A stretch of 64,000 nt of DNA from Octopus sinensis (Eukaryota), in NCBI RefSeq assembly GCF_006345805.1, contig NC_043015.1, forward strand, positions 28,520,001-28,584,000. The letters are read 5' to 3'. The notes under the pieces were generated by a model. It was not told the DNA's origin. It ran no database searches and saw only the letters and a list, made by a program, of their open reading frames with translations. A program made the position numbers and the translations under genes. The first letter of the stretch is position 1, and every line of letters starts with the position of its first letter. Below are positions 37,773 through 49,997 of this stretch, piece by piece.

Positions 37773-39648
37773 TCTCTCTCTATATAAAACTGAGAACGTG
37801 TGTCTGTCTGTGTTTCCCTAAAAGTTGAGAACTACATAACCAATTTCATTCAAATTTTACACATGCCTTACTTAGGGTCCATGTTTTTTTAATGGGCAAA
37901 AAAAATGTTCAACTTCTTGCCTTGGGCGAGCCCATAGCAATATCATATGTTCTCCACTATGATTCCCTAAAACTTGAGAACTACATAACCAATTTCATTC
38001 AAATTTTACACATGCCTTAATCAGGGTCCATGTTTTTTTAATGGGCAAAAAAATGTTCAACTTCTTGCCTCGGGCGAGCCCATAGCAATATCATATCTTC
38101 TCCACTATGATTCCCTAAAACTTGAAAAGTACATAACCAATTTCATTCAAATTATACACATGCCTTACTTAGGGTCCATGTAGTTTCATGGGCAAAAAAA
38201 TGTTCAACTTCTTGCCTAGAGCGAGCCCATAGCAATATCATATCTTCTCCACTATTTCAGTGTTACGTGTTAAAAGTGAAACAAAAACATTTCTCTATTT
38301 TATGTCAGATACTTTCACTTTAACAATAAAAGTTAGAGATAATAATAACAATTGAATTATATGCAGTAAGTAATAATTACAATCAAACTAAAGTATAATA
38401 TAATCGTAACATAACAAAAGTAAAAATAGCAGTTGGTATAAAACTGCATCAATGACTTGAACTTGAATAAGTGATTTCACATGAATGGGAATAACTCAAA
38501 AATAAAATTAGTGTGCAGTATTGGAATAGCCCAGATGGAGCTGTGCACATACCATTTACCACGGCTTTTACATTAGATTATTTGCTAATTAGCTAGCATT
38601 AAGTTTGGCTGCATGTAATGTCTGTTTTCTCGAACAGCCACTACTACTGAGTACTGCTGTTGGTTTATTTTTTTATACATAAAAGACCATAGCTTCAACT
38701 GCGTACTGCTTTTTGATTCACCGTAAGGATTGTTGTTATTATTATTATTATTGTTTATTGTTATCACGTTTGTTGGTTCCTAGTAAGGGAAACGTTGTTG
38801 TGTTACATTTGTTAAATAATTGTAAACTGTAACCCTCCTTCTTTGGGAAAAGGGGCTTTGGTTATTGTTTAAAAATTGAATTGTGTCCCTGTTTGGGGAA
38901 ATTGACAATATTTTCACTGTTTATACGGAAGCATTTTTGTTAGAATGCCTTCGATAGAAGAAAGTCCAAAAATGAATTTCGCTGCAGCCGTCGGCGGGCG
39001 CGACCTCATTAAAATTAAAATGGAAGAAATACAAACCTATTTCGGATTGATCACAGACAAAGATGGTGAATCTAGGATAACACCACCAAACGAAATAAAA
39101 AATTAAATTAAAGAAAAGACTATTGTCTATAAAGTATACAATGTAGAGAAAAAAAAGATTTGAACACCTGGAGGAAAGCACCATCGTAAAGTGTCTTGGT
39201 GCGACTATGAAAGATATCTAACCAGAGGCAGTAAATTCACAACAATAGAAGCAAGGTTCGAGTCAACGGAGCATGCAAGGGAGTACTTGACTCGAACCTT
39301 GCAAAGTGGAAATATTTTATTTTTACCTTTATATCTGGGACGTAGGACGTCCCAGATGAAAATTAAAAATGTCCCCCCAGAAGTAGAGGTAGGCTGGATT
39401 GTAGCCACACTGCTATACAAGAGGGAGGACAAGATACAATTGATCGAAATTGCAAGAGACAAGCCTACAATTCCAGTCTGTTATATATTTTGAATGTTGT
39501 TATCACTAGCGATATCAAGATATAACTTTGTATTTTGTATTTTATGTGTAGATGTATATATATAGATGTACATGTAATATGTACACATATATACACATAT
39601 ATACATGCACTAGCACTATGACCCGGCAATAATGGGTCATAATGCTAG
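37773..39648 (+). mobile_element. non-autonomous Helitron
   Basis: A|TCTCTC.TATATAAAA 5' end; TATGACCC...GGGTCATA hairpin then CTAG|T 3' end; no TSD; internal ~147 bp tandem repeats. Confidence 0.75.
39191..39493 (+). pseudogene. non-LTR retrotransposon ORF1-like fragment inside the Helitron
   Basis: ...LPLYLGRRTSQMKIKNVPPEV... resembles RRM-type ORF1 segments; weak recognition. Confidence 0.35.
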
Positions 39649-40755
39649 TAATAAATAAAGATATTTTTTTCAACTAGCAAGGAAAATCATTAACTAATAC
39701 TCGCCCGAACTTCTTTTATAATATGGAGCAATATATGCATGAAATAAGTAAATAATTAATGAACACATGTAAATAATTAATTAAGAAAATAATTAAGTAA
39801 ATAATTAATGAACACAAGTGTGATCGTTGCCAGAGCAGCAAACTGCCTTCCGTTCCGGCGGCACGTAAAAAGCACCCTTTGAGTGTGATTGTTGCCAGCG
39901 TTGCCCTACTGGCACATGAAAAAACATTCAAGCAAGGTCGTTACCAGTGCTGCTGGACTGGCACCTGTGTAGGTGGCACGTAAAAAACACTATTTGAGCA
40001 TGGCCGTTGCCAGTACCACTTGACTGGCCCCTGTGCCAGTGGCATGTAAGAGTACCCACTACACTCTCGGAGTGGTTGGCATTAGGAAGGGCATCCAGCT
40101 GTAGAAACTTTGGCAGATCAGATTGGAGCCTCGTGCAGCCATCTGGTTCACCAGACCTCAGTCAAATTGTCCAATCCATGCTAGCATGGAAAGTGGACGT
40201 TAAACGATGATGATGATGATTCTTGTTCCACTTATAGACAGAACACTCCAGAATATATATTAATCATTCTCTCTGTTATTTTGAGAATGCCAACTTTGCT
40301 ACATTACTAATTCGGCAATTAAGGCAGTGAGCTAGCAGAATCATTAACGTGCCAGGGGAAATGTTTGGTATTTCGCCTGTCACTACATTCTGAGTTCTAA
40401 TTCCACCGAGGTCGACTTTGCATTTCATTCTGTTGGGGGTCAATAAAATAAATACCGGTGGTACACTGGGGTCAGTGTAATCGACTTGATACCGACTCCT
40501 CAAGCTGCACTTGTGGCAAAAATTTGAAATAATTATTAATTAGACAGTGCATTAATTAGACATATGCATGGTATTTATATGTATATAGTGTGTTGGCTGT
40601 TAACTTTTCAAAAGTTTTGTAACATCAAAATTACAGAATCAATGGAATTCTTCAATCAAGATCCAAGACTAAAATCCCTGAGGTTAATATGAGGGCTCAA
40701 GAATTTCAAATGTCTATATTTAAAAGAAAAAAGCCAGATGCAATTAACACATACA

Positions 40756-41170
40756 TAGGCACAGGAGTGGCTGTGTGGTAAGTAGCTTGCTAACCAGCCA
40801 CATGGTTCCGGGTTCAGTCCCACTGCTGGCATCTTGGGCAAGTGTCTTCTGCTATAGCCCCGGGCCGACCAATACCTTGTGAGTGGATTTGGTAGACGGA
40901 AACTGAAAGAAGCCTGTCGTATATATGTATATATATGTATATGTATGTATGTGTGTGTGTGTGTGTTTGTGTGTCTGTGTGTTTGTCCCCCTAGCATGGT
41001 GTGTTTACGTCCCCGTCACTTAGCGGTTCGGTAAAAGAGACCGATAGAATAAGTACTGGGCTTACAAAGAATAAGTGCCGGGGTTCGATTTGCTCGACTA
41101 AAGGCGGTGCTCCAGCATGGCCGCAGTCAAATGACTGAAACAAGTAAAAGAGTAAAAGAGAGAAAAAAGA
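40756..41170 (+). mobile_element. SINE inserted in a serpin 3' flank
   Basis: same family as 3197-3592. Confidence 0.85.
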
Positions 41171-41382
41171 GAATAATGATTAAATATTTACTGAGATGCT
41201 TTATTAATATAAACAGAAATAAAACTTACAAGCATTGATTTCACTTTATTCAATAAGTAAATAACGTTTACAGGCAACAATAAGTTTATTGTTAAAATAA
41301 TAAAAGATACGTTCAAGAGTGTAATATTTTTCCGTAAATGTACAACACATACAAATTGATAATGTTGATTAAAATTAAAACT

Positions 41383-41713
41383 TATTTACGTTATTTACAA
41401 TTGACAAGAATTTGTCCTCATCTTGTTTGTTGTTAACACATTTCAGCTGATATTCTATCTAGCATTCATCAGGTGTCTTGGGGAAATTTCGAACCTGGGT
41501 TCTCATTCCTAAGGTATTTTTCGATGTTGCTGTTGTTGTTATCATCATCATCATCATCATCATCATCATTATTCAGGCCACTGCCTGGAATTGAACGTGG
41601 GCATATGGCGTAGTCGTTAAGAGCACAGGCTACTAATCCCAAGATTCCAAGTTCGATTCCAGGCAGTGACCTAAATAATGATAATAATAATAGTAATAAT
41701 AATAATAATAATC

Positions 41714-41752
<39 letters not shown>

Positions 41753-42297
41753 CAGTACCAGGCAGTGGCTCTCATGGCTTCTCATCTTAACTGATTGGAA
41801 GTGTTATCATGTACATTGTTTTGTCTTGGTATGAAAGATTGGCTTACAAAAATATTCTGCTCAATACCACAGATTTGCTTGTCAGTTGTTTGACCTCAAC
41901 CAGTTGATCATGTCCCTTAGTGGCTGATGATATGTGCATCTCTGATTACGAGCAGAAGTAGTGGGGGAGCATCATAGCCATGTGTTGAGAGGGACTCTTC
42001 AGGGTTTGAATAATTCACCTCTGGAAACATGGGTGTTTCGTTCAACATCCTTAAACAACCCTTATTCAGGGACCTTTTGAGCTGGATGGGCTACTCGACC
42101 AGAAGAAAATTCTAAGTGGGCCCCACCTGCAAGGTCATGTGCTGTTGATCTTGATATGAGATCACCATGTCGCACACATATTGTTGTGATGCATGTGCCT
42201 AGTGTACCCTTATCAGACGGGTAGTCATGATGGGTATACTGGGCTTCGTATATTCTACACTAGTATCACTTTAATGGCATGCACTACTCTCTCACTC

Positions 42298-42338
<41 letters not shown>

Positions 42339-42514
42339 CAAAATCGCAAAATACCTTAGGAATGAGAGCCCAGGTTCGAAATTTCCCCAAGACACCTGAT
42401 GAAGGCTGGAGGGTATATCAGCTGAATCATTGTGTTAATAACAAACAAGATGAGGACAAATATCCATCAATTGTAAATAATGTATTTAATTCCTCATCTC
42501 TTAAATATAGAACT
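41383..42514. mobile_element. Penelope-like remnant with inverted terminal segments
   Basis: ~130 bp inverted repeats 41390-41520/42350-42482 containing cacctgatgaa; direct repeat aaattaaaact on both flanks; (AAT)n, (CAT)n and SINE pieces inside. Confidence 0.55.
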
Positions 42515-42697
42515 AAATTAAAACTATTCTTATAATCTTTCATTGCATAGATATGTCCATGGTTCTGCACAATTACAACTATAATGGTTTAAGTCATTCT
42601 ACTCAAAAATATTGTAAATGGATTTGCTGAGTTACGTTGTCTACATAATACAATCTAGTATCCCATAAGAGAAAAATCTTTGACAAGACAATATCAT

Positions 42698-42873
42698 CTA
42701 TATCGTGGGGTTTGTTACTTTACCAATGAAATGGATCATTTTAGTTCGGTCATCAACAACTAAAAACGTGAATGGGTGATTGACATCAAATTGCATCCCA
42801 ATTCTCGACATATAATTTGAGACCACCATTCCACTTGCAGCAGCAGCTTCCGTTCCTTCGTATATAGTCGTAT
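42698..42873 (-). pseudogene. serpin copy 3: orphan acceptor + hinge/RCL/C-terminus cassette
   Basis: ttctccag|atacgactatatac joined in frame to GAAGGAACG (EGTEAAAASGMVVSNYMSRIGMQFDVNHPF...KVTNPTI*); ATG and ~1 kb of scaffold deleted. Confidence 0.9.
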
Positions 42874-42929
42874 CTGGAGAATATAGAATATGAAGAGAAA
42901 ATATACAAAATAAATTTGTATAAACATTT

Positions 42930-43235
42930 GAGGCTACTGACCAGATCTCTAGATGGTGCAAAGTTCCCTTTCATCCCAAGGTAACATGGTGGTGGAACAA
43001 TGTAGTTGACAGGGTCATTAGGGAAAAGAAACAGGCATGGAAAGACTGGAAGAACAGTGGTAGCAGGGAATTGTATCAGATCGCCAGAAGGGAAACTAGG
43101 AGACAGGTTTACTTAGTCAGAGGGGAAGCAGATAAGAAAAAAATTTGTCAATGTTCTGTGTCGTGAGGACCAAAGACTTAAAGTGTTTTGTGTTGCAAGA
43201 CAGTGTGTGAGAGAGAATCATGATGTTATAGGAGA
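42930..43235 (+). mobile_element. RTE-clade LINE ORF2 fragment
   Basis: translates to TWWWNNVVDRVIREKKQAWKDWK. Confidence 0.7.
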
Positions 43236-43321
43236 GACATACACACACACAAATACATGCATGCATGTACACGTACACACACACACATACACACTCATGC
43301 ATGCATATTTTTATTATGAGT

Positions 43322-44126
43322 TACTCTCTCTTTTACTCTTTTACTTGTTTCAGTCATTTGACTGCGGCCATGCTGGAGCACCGCCTTTAGTCGAGCAAAT
43401 CGACCCCGGGAATTATTCTTTGTATGCCCAGTACTTATTCTATCAGTCTCTTTTTGCCGAACCGCTAAGTGACGGGGACGTAAACACACCAGCATCGGTT
43501 GTCAAGCAATGCTAGGTGGACAAACACAGACACACAAACATATACACACACATACATATATACGACAGGCTTCTTTCAGTTTCCGTCTACCAAATCCACC
43601 CACAAGGCATTGGTCGGCCCGGGGCTATAGCAGAAGACACTTGCCCAACCCGGAACCATGTGCTTGGTTAGCAAGCTACTTACCACACAGCCACTCTGCG
43701 CCTATATAAATATTTCTGTATAAATATTTCAAAATGTTGAGTTAGTATGAAGGACATTGAGTAATTCTGCTTCAAAAAAATTAGATGAAAAACAAAACAA
43801 GAATAAAATAACTTGTTGGATTTATGAATGTTAAAAATCTCCAAACAATTATCAGATAATAGATGAACTGAGAACAATGGAATATTAGGCGTAGGAGTGG
43901 CTGTGTGGTAAGTAGCTTGTTAACCAACCACATGGTTCCAGGTTCATCCCACTGTGTGGCATCTTGGGCAAATGTCTTCTGCTATAGCCCCGGGCCGACC
44001 AATGCTGTGTGAGTGGATTTGGTAGACGGAAACTGAAAGAAGCCTGTCGTATATATATATGTATGTGTGTGTTTGTGTGTCTGTGTTTGTCCCCCTAGCA
44101 TTGCTTGACAACCGATGCTGGTGTGT
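43322..44126. mobile_element. two head-to-head SINEs (43322-43703 -, 43886-44126 + truncated)
   Basis: same family as 3197-3592; the second is cut off at the junction with the serpin-4 3' flank. Confidence 0.8.
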
Positions 44127-44664
44127 AAAAGTTTTGTAATGCCACAATTATTGAAACAATGTAATTATTTTATCAAGATCCAAGACATAATTACGAAGGG
44201 TGAACACGGGGGCTTAAAAATTTCGAATGTCTAAATTTAAAACAAAGAATATAAAAGCCAGATGCAATCAACACATACAAAATAATGGAATATTTACTGA
44301 GATACTTTATTAATATGAAGCATACAAATATTGATTTCACTTCATTCAACCAGAAAATAACGTTTACAGGCAACAGTAGATATATTGTTAAAATAGTAAA
44401 CTTGCAAAGAAAGGATACTTTAAAAAGTGTCAAAATTTTCTGTCAATGTATGGCATATACAAATTCATAATATTGATTTAGATTAATGTGGTATTATAAT
44501 ATATCATTGAATAGATATGACCTTGGTTCTACACAATTACAATTATGATGTCCTAAGTCATTTTACTAAAAAAACCATTCTAAATAAATTTGTTCAGTTA
44601 CATTCTCCACATAATACAATGTAGTATTCCCTAAGAGGGAAATCTTTGACAGGGCAATATCATC

Positions 44665-45818
44665 TCATGTTGTAGGATCTGTTACTTTACCAATGAAATG
44701 GATCATTTTAGTTCGGTCATCAACAACTAAAAACGTGAATGGGTGATTGACATCAAATTGCATCCCAATTCTCGACATATAATTTGAGACCACCATTCCA
44801 CTTGCAGCAGCAGCTTCCGTTCCTTCTTCATTAACATCAACAAATGCTTTATGAAACATTTCACTGGCATAAATATTCTTCTCACCACCAGTCATCCCAG
44901 ATAAATCAGCTTTTAGAGGATCAAAAATATCAGGGAGTCCAAGCTTTTTCAAAACATCACCCAACTTAAAACTACTCTCTAATGAAATTTTGGCATATTT
45001 AATTCTAGAAGCATCATTTTAAATCCTTTTCTGTCAACAATGTCTTTGAGAAATTGAGCATTAATCTCCTTCTCTAAAGCAGCAAGGCCATTGATTTCAT
45101 TGGGAAGAATTACAAACATACTAAATGCTTTTCCTATATAAGGTAACTCAACCACTTTATAGTTGTCGCTTATTTTGGTATTAAAATCTTCAGATATATA
45201 CATAAAATCATGAGATACAGTCTTGTCAGAGCTTAAATAAAACTTTCTAGATGAAGTTGCTTCTTCTGAGAATATTTCAGCCCACGTTCCTTTGAAGTAT
45301 ACAGCATTAATAAGAACTAGAACCGATTGAGGTGTCAAACTTCCACTTGGTAACAGATCAGTAATTTTGTTATTTGTGTTATTCTTAACCCAATCATTAA
45401 TAGTTATTCTTGTCTTCTCAGCATTTGTCATAAAGTCTACATTTTCAATATCTGAAAAGAAATATTTTACCATGTTTTTCTTGTAGTCTTCTGAAATAGG
45501 GAATTTTTCATTGGCACACAAACGATTCACTAAATTGGATGTGACAAGTTTATCTGAGTTTTTCAAAAGTGAAAAATATTCTTTAAAAGCTAAAGCTACA
45601 GAATCTGGATTTGATGTTATCTTCAAAACATTTTCAAACTGTTTGGAAGAGTTTTGTCTTGCTCCCAAATAAACCATTGATAAAACAGTAGCAACACTGA
45701 ATGGTGACATGAAGACATTTTCATTGATTCCTGTAGCCACAGCTTGATAAAGACTGTTTGTAAAATAATCAATTGAAGCAGCAAGGTTACTGATGTCTTG
45801 TTTCTTTGCTGAGTCCAT
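44665..45818 (-). pseudogene. serpin copy 4, full length with one -1 frameshift (~44981); RCL SGMVVSNY|MSR
   Basis: 1154 nt; plus strand ctctaatgaaa versus ctctaaacgaaa in intact copies; may be an assembly indel. Confidence 0.85.
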
Positions 45819-46410
45819 ATTGTATACGATAGTATCTGGAGAATATAGAATATGAAGAGAAAATATACAGAATAAATTCTTGCAAACATTTCAAAATATT
45901 TTATTAGACATTACTGTAATTAGAGACATCTATAAAAGCAAAGTCTGAAATCTCTTCTGATCAAACTCTAATTTTAACTTTTACATGAACATATTTCTTA
46001 ACATAACACAGAGTTAATGTGTTTTAAACAGTTTTTAAAATAATTAAAAATTTATATGATTAATTAATATAACCATTTTTTTCTCCAATATTTATCTGAT
46101 ATTTGGCACATATCTTAAAAGTTTCATTTATAAGATGATGTTGGAACTTAACCATGTTTGCATTTCAAAGACAAATTTGAATGGAGCAGGTTTAGTTTTC
46201 ATTTTTTGCATATATGGTAAGATAAGGTATCAAGTACAATGATATACTCCACCTGCTGAGAGCCTGGTCAAATACTTGCAACAAAATGACATCCTCAAAA
46301 AAGGCCTTAATGTGCCTGGAGGTGATGTTGAACTAATTAGTGTAATACCAAGCTAGACCGGATCCTGTAAACCTAGACTCAATGGTTAATATTTAGTTTG
46401 TAGAATGACC

Positions 46411-46689
46411 TGTGGGATGACGTCAGCAGCTGGGTGCGTTGACCGGAAGCTGGGGCAACCGGAAGGGGCTGCTGTCAGGCGTGCGCAGGCAGCAGTCAAT
46501 TGGGCCTTTCCAACGTGGGTCGTCCAAATGACAAGACGTGTGAGGATGGTGGCGAAGGGTCTGGGTGAGCAGCTGCTATCTTTAGTGTTCGGGTTGGAGC
46601 TGTGTCGAAGGATTAGCTACCACAGAAGGGTCTCCATCACGAGGAAGAGAAGGTAGGTGCCTTTATATTCAAATCGTGCACACACCACA
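46411..46689. mobile_element. solo-LTR-like insertion (copy)
   Basis: TGTGG...CCACA, TSD TGACC. Confidence 0.85.
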
Positions 46690-47343
46690 TGACCGTGTGA
46701 AGGAGAGGTGACGAGAATGTCTCCTTTAGTACGCCGCACGGTCGATTACAATAAATAGGAAAAAGGATGAATGAGTATGAATGCCAGCAGGAAAAGAGAG
46801 ACACAACCAGTAGAATGTTTAAGAGAAAGATTTTATTGATAGGTTAACATGTGTGTCTGTGTGTGTGTCATGTATATATAATAATAGACAGGCCGTCATG
46901 TATACATAATGTGTGTGCAGAAACGTGGATGTATGCGTGTGCGATAAGTACAGAGCATTAAAAGAGTCTATAATAGGACGTTAGAAGAATGCAATGCAGA
47001 GCCAGTTGAGGCACATGTCATGCGTGAAGCTGTGGCTACTATGCAGAGCCGGTTACTTGGTACAGAAGGTTCTCGCAGGTTGTATTTGCTGTCAACCATG
47101 GTGAAATAATTCATGAACAGTGTTGAGTAGAGGCCATTGATTGGTTAAAATCTGAAAAATTAAACTACGTTAAACTTACAAATTACAATTTTCTCAAGAG
47201 AGCCAGAAATTGTGTTGAAAACTGCCGTTCAAAAGGAATAGATCCTCCTTTTCTAATTGAAACCATTTTTCTGCAAGGCCTTCCACATGACCATATCACG
47301 CCATCCGACAAATTTTTTTTGGCTACATCCTTCAAGGAACATT

Positions 47344-47726
47344 TCTACATTTTCAATATCTGAAAAGAAATATTTTACCATGTTGTTCTTGTAGTCTTCT
47401 GAAATAGGGAATTTTTCACTGGCATACAAACGATTCACTGAATTGAATGTGACGAGTTTATCTGAGTTTTTCAAAAGTGAAAAATATTCTTTAAAAGCCA
47501 AAGCTACAGAATCTGGATTTGATGTTATCTTCAAAACATTTTCAAACTGTTTGGCAGAGTTTTGTCTTGCTCCCAAATAAACCATTGATAAAACAGTAGC
47601 AACACTGAATGGTGACATGAAGACATTTTCATTGGTTCCTGTAGCCACAGCTTGATAAAGACTGTTTGTAAAATAATCAATTGAAGCAGCAAGGTTACCG
47701 ATGTCTTGTTTCTCTGCTGAGTCCAT
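47344..47726 (-). pseudogene. serpin copy 5, N-terminal third only, fused to Merlin sequence
   Basis: MDSAEKQDIGN...SDIENV then Merlin-unit sequence; tcta microhomology at 47344-47347. Confidence 0.9.
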
Positions 47727-48271
47727 ATCGTATACGATAGTGTCTAGAGAATATAGAATATGAAAAGAAAATATACAAAATAAATTCTGGCAAACATTTC
47801 AGTATATTGTAGAAGACATCTATGAAAGCAATGTCTGAAATCTCTTCTGTTCAAACTTTAAATTTAACTTTTACATGAACATATTTTGTACGGTAACACT
47901 CAATATGATTTAAATAGATTTTAAAATAATTAAAAATTTATAAGATTTAATAATATAACCATTTCTTTCTTCCATTCTTTATGTGGCTTTTGGCACATAC
48001 CTTAAAATGATGTTGAAATGTTTTAGCTTAAATACGGTGATTATTTACAAAATAGATTTGAACATTATGTATCACATTTAGAATACAGTTAGGAAACAAT
48101 AAAATTTGGGTTTTTGCATAAATCATTTCAGACCATTTTCATACAGAATTCTTAGATCACATTAGTGTGTTTTACACTCTCTTGAAATATTGAACAGGAA
48201 CTGTTTTTCAGGAAATTCTTTTGCATTTCATCTCTTCATATTGTATATTCTTTAGATGCCACGGAAATAAT

Positions 48272-49304
48272 ATGGACTAAGCAAAGAAACAAGACTTCGG
48301 TAACCTCGCTGCTTCAGTTGATTATTGTACAAAGAGTCTTTTTCAAGCTGTGTCTACAGGAACCGTTGAAAATGTTTTCATGTCACCATTCAATGTTGCT
48401 ACCGTTTTATCAATGGTTTATTCTGGAGCAAGACAAAACTCTGCCAAACAATTGAAAATATTTTGAAAATAACTTTAAATACAGATCCTGTAATTTGAGG
48501 TTTTAAAGAATATTTTTCACTTTTGAAACACTCAGATGAACTTATTGCATTGAATTCAGTCAATTGTTTTAGTGCCAATGAAAAATTTCGTATTTCAGAA
48601 GACTAAAAGAACATTATTGCAAAAAATTTCTTTTCAGATATTGAAAATGTAGACTTCATGACAAATATTGGAAAAGGAAGAATTAATATTAATTACAATG
48701 TTGTAAGACAACAAGATGCTAGAATTGTTAGTATGCTGGGCAAAATACTTAGTAGCAATTTGTCCATCTTGACATTCTGGAGTTGACATTGTCATCCTTT
48801 AGGGTTTGACAAAATAAGTACCAATTGAGCACTTGTGTTGCTGTAATTGATTTACCCCTACAATTAAATTGCTGGCCTTGCACCAAAATTTGAAAGCAGT
48901 TTTAATGATTGTGCTGAAAATAACACAAATAACATAATTACCGATCTCCTAACAATTTGAAGTTGACACCTCAGTCGGTTCTAGTTCTTATTAATGCTGT
49001 GTACTTGAAAAGAATATGGCATAAAATATTCCTATAAAAAGCAACATCATCTAGAAAGACAATTTTAGCACAAAAATAAGCAACAGCTCTACAGTTGTTG
49101 AGTTACCTTATATAGGAAAAGCATTTAGTATGTTTGTAATTCTTCCCAATGAAATCAATGGCCTTAATGCTTTAGTGAAGGAGATTAATGCTCAATTTCT
49201 CAAAGATATTGTAGACAGAAAAGGGATTTGAAATGATGCTTCTAGAATTAAATATGCCAAAATTTCGTTTAGAGAGTAGTTTTAAGTTGGGTGATGTTTT
49301 GAAA
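48272..49304 (+). pseudogene. serpin copy 6, inverted and decayed
   Basis: atggactaagcaaag start with stop, many stops and indels, SINE at ~48700-48895, internal deletion; ends at ...FKLGDVLK without an RCL. Confidence 0.9.
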
Positions 49305-49997
49305 CCCTACAATCTGCTCAATCCAACTATAGGAAAACTGATCTTTCTTACTGTTTCCACCAATGGCACACCCTCTGAAATATTTTCAAATCACTCACTA
49401 CTGAAATGCAAACCGAGGCAAATTCATATGTAACCTGACACCACGATGCCTGATTACTCATCACAGGCAAGTGTTGTCCTTGAAATACCACATCCTGCTA
49501 AATGCTGGCCAAGTGACACAACCATCTTGCCTGCTTCACCACATGCCATCATCATCATCATCCATCATTTTGAATCCGGGTTTTGTCCTCATTAACGACG
49601 GTGGCTGGATCTACTTCAATGCCATAGCAATTGCCCTCACACCATCTCACACATTTTTCGGCAATCCTCCCTTCTCAAGCCAACCATCCCAATCACCTCC
49701 TCCACTTGTTCCCTCCACCTGTTCCACAGTCTATTTCGCTTTTGCCGTCCATTTCCCTCAGACTCTAGCACCCTCTTCACAACTTGCCCCTCATCCCTCG
49801 TGTAGCATCTGTTACAAGAAGCAGTTGTTGCTGAAATATCATACACTTAAGAATGTCATTCACTTGGCACCAACATTATGTTTGTTTCCCATAAATGAAT
49901 TGATGTCGCTATGAGAGCAATAACAACCAGATGACTCAAACTGATCATTGGAGATTTAAATACATCAGCCCTTAAGCCACTCCAGATTTATTTTAAA

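Noticed and set aside
47253-47343. Novel serpin-transposase fusion protein
   Set aside because: The appended tail is antisense Merlin-unit sequence ending after ~30 codons; no RCL and no foldable serpin
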